Below are positions 51,809 to 64,000 of a DNA stretch of 64,000 nucleotides, in pieces; the first letter of the stretch is position 1, and each line of letters opens with the position of its first letter. The notes under the pieces were generated by a model. It saw nothing but the letters and a program-made list of their open reading frames with translations, did not search any database and was not told where the DNA came from. The stretch is from Octopus sinensis (Eukaryota): contig NC_042997.1 of NCBI RefSeq assembly GCF_006345805.1, positions 20,832,001 through 20,896,000 on the forward strand, in the 5' to 3' direction. The translations under genes were made by a program, and so were the position numbers.

Positions 51809-54800
51809 TGCTTTGTTTATTAGTTTCACTCTAAAAGTACTGGTCAGCATGAGTCTATCTACTAGAAACTTGTGTGAGGTAGGTTTCACACAACAGGATA
51901 GGACATGAAACAGGTTTTGTATCTTCCTAGCCATAAGAGAAACGGCAGACTAGAATAGGTTTCTCTCTTTTGTTTTTGTTTGTATTTGTTAGTGAAGCCC
52001 ATAACCAATTTCATTCCTGGAGTAACATTAAAACCATTCTTCTTATGTAGTGTCTTGTAGAAACCACATAACTTAATTTAAATAAGTATATAACTTACAC
52101 TCAACAACAATCGCCTAATGAAACACTTGTATATTATATATTCTCCTTTACCCTCCTACTTGTAGCTGTAGTTCTTTGTCTACTAGTAGTGCCTGCTTAC
52201 AGCTTTGAAGACAGGGCCTTTTGAAAGTTAATTACTTAAGCCATGGATATAATGCAATACTTGTGATCTAATATGAAATTTTAAACCTTCAACAGGCTGT
52301 CCAACATCCTGCCAACTCAGCTAGATGTGAGTGATGTTGGTTTTTAGTGTTATTACATATTACTAAATTGGCAGATCTCCTCACCAAAACATAGCAATAA
52401 AGGAAAGATCCTCATAGATACAGAAGTGAATGTTTAATAGAAGAAGTTAATATTAGTATCAGACAGGGAATAGGATTTAAAGAACAAGCGAGAATAAAGT
52501 ATTATGTTATCTGAATAGAAGTGTATGGTGTTGGTAGCAGGGTGATATTGTTCTCAATATAGTTAAATTCCAATGACATGTACTTCACAAGATCAATGCT
52601 GGAGCTTTACATCTCATAGATTATAGCATCCAGTTTCACAAACAGGATTTAATTCATCACTGTAAGTTATGAAACCTGATATTCAGCCACTAAGCCCCTT
52701 TGTTTTGTCAATCCTTGAGCATTTAATACAAGATTACAAACCTGAGTCTCTATAGACACGCTATAATCAAACAACATGAAATATATAGAAATGTTTGAAA
52801 GGTATTGTCAGAATTATAGATTATTCTAGAGATTTCTTAAAGGCTAAATCCAGCATATTTGAAAGTAGATCATAATGAAAACAGAACTTGCCATACACTT
52901 ATATTTTGTAACCTTTTAAAAGATATTGTTATTTGATAAAGATGTAGTAGCTATTCTGTTAAATAACTATTATAACATGTTAAACAAGAAAATTTACTAA
53001 TATAGGTTTGTTCTTGTTGACATTTTAATTTGGGATCTTATTTACATGTTGGATATATACGCAGAGAGAAGGAAGTGATAATAAAATAGTTTCTATGCAG
53101 TATGTGTATATCTTTGAATCTACTTCAACGAAAGGGTAAAATATATAGATGTGTAAAAGATAGTAAGAGCAACTGAGGAAAAGAGAGAAATAGAGAGTGT
53201 TTGTGTGGGCATGTGTGTAAAACAAAGAGAGAGAGAGAGAGGGGGGGAGTGTGTGAGAGAGAAGGAGAAAATTTCAGAAAGTGAACTTTTAAGTGCTTCT
53301 TACCAAGTATTTTTATCATTTCCCTCATTTTCAAAAATTCTTTTCCTCCCCATATTATGTAGGTGAGCAATACCATAAATAGTTAGCTATTCTTTTCAAT
53401 GACATAATGTAGCCTTGATAATAGAATATGAATAATTAAGCTTCACACCTAAATTGGCAGCTGTCAATTGCATTGTTATATTTGCTTTATCCCAAGTTAG
53501 CCCTGATCAAGCAGATGCTTTGTAACTGGTTTTACCTGTGATTGTATTCAAAAATAGTAAATGATCATTATAAAGTCCTTTTAGTACACACAAATATGTG
53601 TGTTGTGGGGGGTCACTTTTAGGATAATGAATATTAAGTCATCTTTCCATAGTATTATTTTTCTAAGCACACACACACGTACATACATACACACACACGT
53701 GCACACATTCACACAGACACACACACCACACACACACACACACATGACCACGCATGCATAGCTATGTGCACACATGGACGCACACACACACGTACATACA
53801 TACACACACATGCACACACTCACACAGACACACACCACACACACATGACCATGCATGCATAGCTATGTGCTCACGTGGACACACACACACATACACATAT
53901 GCGCACACACATACCTAGTTTCCCGGTTTCAATGGTGTATGTGTTCCCCAGCTGGACAGAACGCCATTCCTTCACAGCGTTACTCATTTTTGCCAGCTGA
54001 GTGGACTGGAGCAACATGAAATGAAGTGTTTTGCTCAAAAACACAACGCGTCACCTGGTCCAGGTATCGAAACCACAATCTTACAATCATGATGCTGACA
54101 CCCTAACCACTAAGCTATGTGCCTCCACACTTGGCTAAATGCTTAATGGCATTTTATGTTATTAAGCTTGGAGTTCAAAGTTCACCAAGGTTGATGTTCC
54201 CTTTCATCATTTTGGGGTCAATAACATAAGTACCAGTTGAACACTGGGGTCAATGTAATAGAACTAACCCTGTCATCTAAACTGCTGGCCTTGTGCCAAA
54301 AGTTGAAACCAATATTGCTGTATACATGTATATATTTATTCAGCATTGTTCTGTGTAACTCTAGTTTGCTAATACTTGCTTGACCAAGCTTTACACACAT
54401 CAGTAAATTTGCTGTTTCTATATATAAGAACTACTAATTTTATAGGATTGTGAAAGACAGAGTCATTATTCATAGCTGATGACACGATACAATGCAACAT
54501 AATAAAATTATTGTCAAAAGTATTCTCACCATAGCCATCCTCACATTTTAGAGTTATTTCAGACTATGTAATTCTTGTGTCCTTCCTTGTTTAAGTCCAT
54601 GTGGTTTGATTTCAGGAAAAGTATAGCTGTTATTTCTAACAAATCATTGACTAAATACAAGCTTTCACCAATGACTTGGCACAATCTTCAATGAAAATTA
54701 AAAATATATGAATTTCATTTGCAGCTTAATCTGGGTTTCAAGATTTGATTAACCATTCCACTAATCTTGACAGGAACACAAATGTAATATCATATTCAAT

Positions 54801-54847
54801 GCAACTATGGAGCAAAAGTGAGAAAGATGGCAGGCTAACATTTCTGA

Positions 54848-54848
<1 letters not shown>

Positions 54849-54921
<73 letters not shown>
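54849..54921. repeat. (TCTA)n microsatellite
   Basis: Seen directly. Confidence 0.95.
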
Positions 54922-54922
<1 letters not shown>

Positions 54923-55329
54923 TCCTCTATCTATCTGTCTGTTTATATAAATATGTATGTATATTTATATACATACATATATGTATAAATGTGTGTGTGT
55001 GTGTATGTATACTTGGAAATGGATGTGTCATGTTCATTTAAATAATAAATAACAAATAACACACACACACACACACACATATATAATTACTTGAGGGAAT
55101 AAAATCCAAATTTACAAGGAAAAAATTCAATTTAGAAATACTAAATCAAATTTCACACAATATAATATATATATAAAAAACTAGAAAAAAAACACCTTTT
55201 ATCAATTCAAAATGAACAATTAAATTACACTATCTAGAAAATTACATATAATAGAAATATTAAAATTAAAATAACAATAAAATGTCAATGATTAAGTAAA
55301 TTGCGAAAGAATAATAATAAAAGCGTATA

Positions 55330-56144
55330 TAATTTGTATATATATGTACATGCATATAGGGGTACAGGACATCACCAACGGTGCAAACTGCATGGAATAC
55401 ATAAACAAATAAGTTAAATACGTAAACAGTGAGGAAAGAATGAAAAACAGGACAAGTAAACACAGGGAAAGGACCCTTCATCAGTTGTTGACTGTCTATC
55501 TACTCCTCATTTGGATTATCCATTTCCAAGTAAGTTTATATTCACTTGTTTTAGATGCAACTCTCTACACTATAATGTTTTCTTCCTCCATCTTTGTCTA
55601 ATTCCCTTTTCTCCCCCCTCTCTCCTTCACCGTTTTCTATCTGTCTCTCTCTCTTCCCCTCTTTCTCTTTTCTCTATCTCTCTCTCTCTCTCTCTCGTTG
55701 CTCACCCGTAGCCATCATCCATCTTTCTTTTCCTCATGTGACCATATTTCTTTTCCTACATGGACGTTCAAAAAGCAGACGTGCTTTTTTCTATCTCACT
55801 TCTATCTTTTCCCTTTTCAAAAAAATGTTTCTCCCAGCATTCACTATTTTCTTCTCATTCTGGTCTAACGACCCCGCCCCCCATGTTTGTTTTTGTTCAG
55901 TTCCTTGTATATTTCCACTAGCATGTTTTTTTCCCAACTTTGACCTTCTGTAAATCCTAAATTTTATTTAAGAATTTATGGGAGCAACTGTCTTTGAGAC
56001 TCATATTGTGGTTGAATGCTCGAAATGAGGAATAGATAGACAGCCAACAACTGATGATGTGTCCTTTCTCTGAGTTTACCTGTCCTACTTTCCATTTTTT
56101 CTTGCTGTTTGTGCATTTAACACGTTTGTTTATGTATTTCATGT

Positions 56145-56177
<33 letters not shown>

Positions 56178-56337
56178 ACATAAATCAAGCTCTGATTGGT
56201 ACAGAACTCCAGATAATCTTAAGACAGTACAAAGATGCTAATCAGGAAACATTTTGTTACGTTGGTGTACTTGTATTAACAGAGTGCTTAAGAAGTATTT
56301 TGCCCAGAATGATAATCTCTTACTAATAACTCTTAAT

Positions 56338-56418
<81 letters not shown>

Positions 56419-56460
56419 ACATGCATATATGGGTGCAGGATGTCACCAACGGTGCAAATA
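55330..56460. mobile_element. Penelope-like remnant with inverted and direct terminal-type repeats
   Basis: 55390-55512 is inverted relative to 56022-56148 (both carry CTGATGA). 55335-55387 is directly repeated at 56415-56458. Family assignment is inferred. Confidence 0.45.
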
Positions 56461-56533
56461 ATTAATAGCGTTCAGTAAATCACAATACATATCCACCATT
56501 TTCTGTTAAAATGTCTTATTGACAAGTTTCATT

Positions 56534-56630
56534 CCTTCACTTCCCTGAAGAGAAGATTGCCTTGTTTTATACCATTTATTCTTTTGAATAATATCAGTGA
56601 AATCTTTGAAACATGTGTTGAAAGTAAAAG
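56534..56630 (+). ncRNA. Degenerate type I hammerhead motif
   Basis: CTGAAGA (56545-56551), stem II gaagatt/aatcttt with a long loop, GAAA, palindromic ACATGT helix III, imperfect stem I cttcacttcc/gaaagtaaaag. Confidence 0.5.
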
Positions 56631-56822
56631 TATTTGATTTATACCTGTGTTAAACTCCATTTATATATTTATATATTATACAAAAACTTCCGCGTAAACC
56701 CGAAGTTTCTACCTTTAAAAACAAGGAATTACAACCTCTTTACTTGAGTGATTTTTTGCTACCCTGGTAACTATTTATCTATTTTTTCCGTGTTAATTGT
56801 TAACAAGGGAAAAATACACTCA

Positions 56823-56863
<41 letters not shown>

Positions 56864-59800
56864 GCACATTCATATATGTATATGTACACATATATATATG
56901 TTTGTGTGTGTGTGTGTATTTGTTTGTGGTTGTGTGTCTATCTAAATTTATACATATATATACACACTGTTACAAATCCTTTAATTCAATTTTGATGGTT
57001 TATTATGTCATATGTGGTAGGTATTTTCAGCACTCAGTGATGAAATGCATTACCTGGTACATTTTATAAGGTGTTGCCTGTCCAGGGGGCATAAATAAAT
57101 GTTTTAGGATAAAAGCTTTGCAAAGGATATATGTGAGCATGAGAGTTTTTTTAGACCAGAGAATCTACATTATAGGCCATCTGTAATTTCATACAATGTA
57201 GTCATAGAATTCATGTTCAAGTTACCTAACAACATTTTTTTTTTGTTGTTGTTTTTGCATTAGATTATATGCCTTAGAGATGCTATATTTATTTCCCGAG
57301 AAATAAAATGGTAATTCAGCTTATCATGGTAGCATGGTGATTTTTGTGGTAGCTGCTGTTTAACACCAGATCAACTCTGATTAATCAAACTTATGTCCCA
57401 AAGTCACTCCAGCCATAACCATCATGTCTTTTAATTAAATTACAGAAAAAAAGACCATGTTATCCAATATTTCTTTTTTAAGCTGGTAGACTGTGGATTA
57501 ATGAAGATTTGGCCGCTCTATCTAGCAGGAAGAATAACTCTGAAGATGCTCTCTTATAATTTATACTGCTTCTACTTCTGGAAATTATTTGTTCTGTATT
57601 CTGAGTGTCTTGCTTTGTTTTAATCTCACTGATTCTGTTATATATGTATTTTCACATGTATGTTTCATTTTATTCAAAAACATATTTTCTCTGTAATGAC
57701 AGAAGTCTCTGATATTTTGTTGAGTCATATTTAACTAAGAATTTAAGTATCTAAGATACAGTTATTCATGACATATTAATCAGTGCACAAATGCTGAGAT
57801 GTATTTCATTATTTTATTATTTGGTTGCTATAAAACTCCTTGCTTCTGAATCAGGTTCAAACGTAACAATTTAATGATTAAAATATTGTATTTCAAGATG
57901 GTTATTATTGCTTTTTTTTTTTTTACTAAATAAACACATACAATATATATATTCATTCTTCACTCATTTATTACTGTTCGTATTTTAATTCATATCCACT
58001 GCTCAAGAATCTTTCATCACACATTTGTGGCCTCTTTAGTGACACCTTCTGCCCTTGTGTGTGCTCCTGCACCACTTAATCCATCCTGAAATACAACAGT
58101 ATCTGTTTCATCACACGGTTTCACATCAGAAATCTTGCAACACAAATTCATAAATGTCAAAGAGTATTTTTCAAGAATTTTGTCAAAAATGTAGAATCTG
58201 AGATTAAGAGCAGTAGAAAATTATATGGAAAAACTGAAATACCAGAAAGTCAAATAAGTTGTTTCACAATCAACTATATTTTTCATACTTTGTTCTTTCT
58301 ATAATAAATGTGATCATTCAGCTAAATTCTTTTACTAAATTATCTATATTAGATTCAATTCTTCCAGCTGTCTTCAATGGCAGTAAATGCCATCTCTGAC
58401 TAATTTAACAAATATGCTTACAATATTTTACAATTCAGTAAAAATTTTCTCAAAAATAAAATAAAATAATAGTGATAAAAATCACGTTTATTATTCCATA
58501 AGTAACAAAAATCTACATATATAACATACTTTTCTCCTGGCAATTCTAAAACCAATGAAAGATTATGTAATATTTGTGACACACTGACTTTTATAGCTCA
58601 GCTAACAAAATAGGAGTAAATACTAAACTAACTAAACCAGCATGCTAATAGTTAATTGTAAAACATTGTATGGTACCATAGTATTATTTAAATTTATAGT
58701 AATTTTCAGTTGAACATTACTATAAATTTTAGTAAAATTTAGCAAATAATACATATGATAGAAATATAACTTCTTATGAATGTAATGTAATTACATTGAC
58801 CTATGTGAAATAAGAATAATATGATCTATGATTAATTTCCAAAATATTCTAGCTAATGACACTATTACATTTTGTTGTGTTACAAAATTATTAATTTACG
58901 TAATATACTGAGAGTGTATTCTTCAAAATTGTGGATATCATGTTGATTATGTAACTAATGTTACCATCTTCATTATTATTTATAAAATTAAATTAAGTTG
59001 GAGAAACTATTTTTTGTAGCTTCAAATTAATTCCGCTATAATTTTTCGACATTATAATTATTAATAAACTCTAGAATTAAATCAGTGTGTCTGTTACAAG
59101 AAAATATGCATTTTATTACAATATTGGTTTTGAATTTTGGCACACAGCAAGCAATTTTGAGGTTGGAGTAGGTTGATAACATCAACCCCAGTAATAAATA
59201 AGCTGGCACTTATTTTATTGACCCAGAAAGGATGAACAGTGAAGATGACAGTGGAATTTGAACTCAGAACCTAAAGACAGCTGAAATGCTGCAAGGTATT
59301 TTACCTGGGCATGATAATGATTCAGTCAGTTGTACCTTCTCATTATTCTATAATATTAACACATAAATGTAGACATGTATATACTCACACATATCCACAT
59401 ACACAGGTGCATACACACAAATACACACAGAGAAACACATGCATGCACATATGGACATACACACACATACACATATGGATAAATATACATATTTATTTTT
59501 CTAGAATTTTACCTGTGGAATTGTTATGCCCATTGAGTTTGCAGGCCCTCCTACAATGGTTAGATATTTGATGGATGCAGTTAATATTTGGCTTGATAGA
59601 TGTAACTGATGGTCTGGAAATTCCAAACGGTTGCAGTTTCAGAGTTGATGGAATAAGTGAAATGTTTTCTATAAGTAGTGATGATGGGAAGAGGAAAGAC
59701 TGATGAGTCCTGTGGGTCTGAATGGAAGGGTTATACAAATAGCTATTTCAGAAGAGCAGATGGCATTGAAACTATGTATATGTGAACCAATGTTTGCAGC

Positions 59801-60605
59801 TTAAATCATTGTCAGTCAGTTAACACTGTCTAGGATGTCTGCATGTGTAACAACAAAACTGTTCCATTCATGTATGTAGTACTTAAATGCAGGTCTTCCC
59901 CAAGAGGCAGCCTTTAAATGACATATGAATCATATGACTGAAAATATTGTAATGCAGTATCCACCTGATCCCAACAAATTACAATTGTTGTTGGTATTTA
60001 ATGTCATGAAGGAACTATGGAAGAGCTTCTCTAGGCTCTAGATTAATCCCATATTTTTACTATAATATTCCATTGGGTAAAATATATTTTCATGACAACA
60101 TTTAAATATTATTTCCATTATTTGGTTTTAAGTATTGGTTTACTAGGTTACAATGGGACATTTCTTTGTGGTGCAGAATTAATATTGTTGCTTTATGCAG
60201 TGATAGATTGGTCTTTATCAAAATGTTTTACACATCACTCTTTCACTTTCCATACATATCAAGAAGTACTGTGGTGTTTCTTTTTTATCTATACTTGAAG
60301 GTTGACATCAGCTAATGAAATGGCACTGAAACTACCCTTGTACATTCCAATATCATACTTGCTTCCATCTTCAAGCCACTCATATAACATGTTACCCTTA
60401 CTTTCAATGTAATCATTTTGCTTGGGTGCTTTCTATTAAGAAGACAGTTCTCTTTAGACTTGCTATCTGGATCTTCTGATTGGCCCTATGAAGCTTATTA
60501 TTATGCTGACTACTAACATTTTTATGTGTGTGTAGTTGTAGCCAATCTAGATGTTTTATTTTCATTAAACATCTAACAATAATTTTGGTTAATTTTTTAT
60601 AAGAA

Positions 60606-60789
60606 TGTTATGTCGCAATACTACACAGTGACTGTGTGAGCTATGAAATCCTCGTCACCACTGTTATGTAGCACGTTCGGATGACCTCTACTCAACTCCA
60701 CCCAACTCCTCTCTTGACATCAAGACTTCTCCCTCTATATCTATGTATTGGACTAGCCTACTTCATCGTCTGGGGGCGTCCACACAACA
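60606..60789. mobile_element. Solo LTR with 5-bp TSD AAGAA
   Basis: TGTTATGT...ACACAACA termini, AAGAA at 60601-60605 and 60790-60794. Confidence 0.85.
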
Positions 60790-61049
60790 AAGAAATAATA
60801 GGTTTCTAGTTATGTTCAGATCTACATTTTTGCTGAAAGATGATGTACTCTCTGTTTGTTGTATCGCTAGAACATGCTTGACTAGAAGATATTTTTTGTA
60901 AATCTGCAATTTTCTAATGCATTGTTGCCATAATTCTCAGCCTTTTTGAAGTTAGTCACATCTTAGTAATTAGCCACCTACTTATATTGATAACTAGTTT
61001 CATGATATTCGGAGGCTGTTAGAATATTTATTTAAAAGGAATAGCTGAA

Positions 61050-62082
61050 GGTAAGAGATTTGCAAATGTTCTACAGTGTGAAGATCAGAGGCATGAGGTA
61101 TTCAGGATTGCAAAGCTGTGTATCAGAGAAAATAGAGATGTGGTGGGTCAGAAACATGTGCAAATGGATAATGGTATGCTTGCACTTAGTGACTCAGAGA
61201 AGAAAGATGCATGGAAGTGCCCCTATGAAAGGTTACAACATGTGGAAAATGAATGGGAGAAGAAAAGTCTACTAAATATTGAACCAATTGAGGGACCTAC
61301 CATCGAAGTTGTTAACAGCAGAGTATATAAAGCAGTTAAGGACATGAATACAGAGAAAGCTCTTGAGCCATCAAGAATCACCACCAAGATGATTACAATT
61401 TTCAGTGGTGTAGGATACAGCTTAATCACCCATATAGTTAATAAGGTTATTCAGGAAGGCACCATCCCCAATGACTGTTGTTGTAGTGTTATTGTTAGCT
61501 GCTACAAAGGTAAAAGTGATGCCTTAGATCAAAACAACTACAGAGGTATTAAAATGCTAGACCAAGTCATGAAAGTTACTGAGAGGATTAAAGCTCAGTT
61601 GACTAAGAATATAAGTAAACTAGATGAGATGCAGTTTGGTTTTGTACCTGGAAAGAGTACCACAGATGCCATCTTCCCTGTGAGACTGCTGCAGGAAAAG
61701 TCTTGGCTAAAATTAAGCCATTGTACTTAACCTTCGTTGACCTGGAGAAAGCTTTCAACAGAGTTCCCTGTTCTGTTATATGGTGGTCTCTAAGGAAATT
61801 AGGAGCAGAGGAGTGGCTTGTTAAAGCAGTACAAGTCATGTACAGTGATGCTGTTAGTAAGGTGAGAGTCTGCCATGAATACAAGGATCAATTTTTGCAT
61901 ACGGGTAGAGGTTCACCAGGGCTCAATTCTCAGCCCACTCTTATTCCTTATAGTTCTCCAGGTCATGACAGAGGAATTCAAAACTGGATGTCTGTGGGAA
62001 CTGCTATGATGATCTTGCTCTTATTGTAGAATCTTTAGCAGAAATGGAGAAGAAATTCTAGGTATGGAAACAAAACCTGGAA
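61050..62082 (+). mobile_element. RTE-clade LINE reverse transcriptase fragment
   Basis: YKGKSDALDQNNYRGI, QFGFVPGKSTTDAIF, FVDLEKAFNRVP; frameshifted. Confidence 0.9.
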
Positions 62083-62091
62083 TATTATTCA

Positions 62092-62730
62092 GTATCATCA
62101 TCATAATCATCCAGTGCTTTGAATCTGGGTTTTGTCCCTGTTAATGGGGTAGTCAGATCTACCTCAATGCCATAGCAACCACCTTCACACCATCTTGCCC
62201 AGTCTTGGGCATCCTTTTTTTTCAAACCAACCCTCTCAAGCTCCTCCTCCACCTGTCCCTTCCACCTTTTCCTCGGTCTACCTTTCTTTCATGCTCCATT
62301 TACCTCAAATGCAATCACCCTCCTCAGAACTATGCTCTTCATCCCTCCTCAACACATCCCCATACCACCTCACCTCATTCACCCTTTCCAACCATTCCAC
62401 CGATTACACCAGCCCCAGCATTCCCATCAAATCCTCAGGTCTCCTCTTATCAAATAGCTTCATCCCACACATTTCTCTCACCATTGCTCTCTCAATCCTT
62501 TTCAAAATTACAATCTCTCTCTCCCTCAGACACCATGTCTCACTCCCATACAGCATTGCAGCTCTCACACAACTCTTACAGACTCTTCCTTTCATCTTTA
62601 ATGAGAACCCTTTCCCATATAACAATACTCCACATCTCCTGAACTTCACCCAGCCAAGTCTCGCTCTTGCTGTCACAGCTGCTTCACATCCACCACTTAC
62701 ATCCACTCTGTCTACCAAATATGTGTTTAC
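62092..62730 (-). mobile_element. RTE-clade LINE 3' fragment with (ATG)n tail
   Basis: GGCEAAVTARARLGWVKFR...LYGSETW. Confidence 0.85.
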
Positions 62731-63865
62731 TAACAATGCAAAGTTCCTTCTTTGCAGAATATATTAAACTACTTTTGAGCTGTATCAAAAAAATTTCCTG
62801 ATAATCATTTAGGGTGATGCATAGTTGTTTTCTTTTTTTTTTTTTGTTCAGAATAATTTTGTATCACCCTATATCAATTTAGGCTTTGTCTTACTATTGA
62901 TTGTATATCTTGACATCTATGCTAGGTTTGCTTAAATATTAATTTACTCACCATATCTATGAACTCTATAGGAATATGTTCAAGGACTTCAAAACATAGT
63001 AACATAGTAAGTGGGTGTATTTGTGTTCTAAATTTCAAAAGTTTTGTTGTTGAGTTTCTGCTGATAGTATCACAGAAGTCAACTTTTCAACTCATTCTTT
63101 TGATAACATCCTCCCATTACTACATTTACTGCTTCATGTAGATATTATTAATATCTATTGGGATATTCTTTATTATAATCAATTTTCTGCATTACTGATA
63201 ATGTGTTCAGTTACTTAGCTATATGGTACTATGTTTGGCCAAAGTGCATTGAACAAAATAAAAGGTAATCAATACATGTGATAAACTTCGATTAATCTGC
63301 CGTAAATATATAATCAGAGGCCACAGCATAGACTGTTATGATAAGAGCTACTTATCTATAAAAACAGTTATGTCCCTTGTATCTTTTTCAGATAACATGC
63401 TGGGAATAGGTGGTGGTTGATGTTATGTGTGTCTGTATGTGTGTGTACATACAACGTCTAAATTGATCAAAGGATTATAGATTGTGCAACAATTTATTCA
63501 GTTTAAAAGTTACCAACCAGTGAATTAAAATGGACAGCAAAGCAAGATCAGATAATTTGACATTCCATCAAAACACAATATAGTAAAATTTCTGAATTTT
63601 GCATAAGGGAATTCAGATACTTCCTAACAAAGGAGTATCAAGTAAAGCTGGTTTATTTGTGAATATTGGGTCTAGAGTGATAGACAATGAACAAAATTGT
63701 ACAAAATTTGACAAAGCATCAAAATGGTTTAGAAACTCAAATAATGCCATACAGACAATACCTTTTACCTGCACATTTTCAAAAGCCCAATGAAATGATA
63801 AATTAATCTTTACCGCATTTGATTGTAATGGCAATTTTAAAGCCATAATAGCTGAAGAAAGTAGT

Positions 63866-64000
63866 CATGATCATGATCATGATCATGATCATCATCATCA
63901 TCGTTTAACGTCTGTTTTCCATGCTAGCATGGGTTGGATGGTTTGAGTGGGGTCTGGGAAGCCAGGAGGCTACTCCAGTCTGATCTGGCAGTGTTTCTAC
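63866..64000 (-). mobile_element. SINE-like family C (cut by the window end)
   Basis: Same tail as 198-320 and 47638-47760. Confidence 0.8.

Noticed and set aside
59695-59730. CTGATGAGTCCTGTGGGTCTGAAT, similar to a textbook hammerhead
   Set aside because: No GAAA, a mismatched stem II, and no stems I or III.
61050-62730. Twin-priming 5' inversion of one RTE element
   Set aside because: The plus fragment abuts the 3' tail of the minus fragment, not its 5' end, so independent insertions are more likely.
63599-63846. Overlapping short ORFs on both strands
   Set aside because: No recognisable motif or splice signals; the strand cannot be decided.
198-64000. Similar sequence at both ends of the window as giant terminal repeats
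   Set aside because: Both are copies of a SINE-like family present about nine times in the window.

Overview
AT-rich, repeat-dense animal DNA. The SINE families and microsatellite style suggest an octopus or other cephalopod (inference, not a database match). Almost all ORFs in the supplied track are microsatellite or repeat noise. The main host feature, absent from the track, is a spliced minus-strand gene of about 12 kb: TATA box at 16310-16317, a non-coding first exon, three coding exons (12260-12221, 10770-10714, 9066-8864) and a probable 3'UTR exon near 4440. It encodes a 99-aa secreted, Tyr/His/Gly/Pro-rich protein with no Lys, Arg or Glu. The rest is a layered transposon landscape: a young 5'-truncated R4/Dong-type retrotransposon inserted in the (TAA)n linker of a tRNA-headed SINE with a hammerhead-like tail; several hammerhead ribozyme motifs and long fold-back palindromes between (TA)n tracts (Penelope/retrozyme-like); RTE LINE fragments; five SINE families; two solo LTRs with 5-bp TSDs; TTAA MITEs; a Helitron-like element; and a Tigger/pogo fossil. 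All calls were read by eye.
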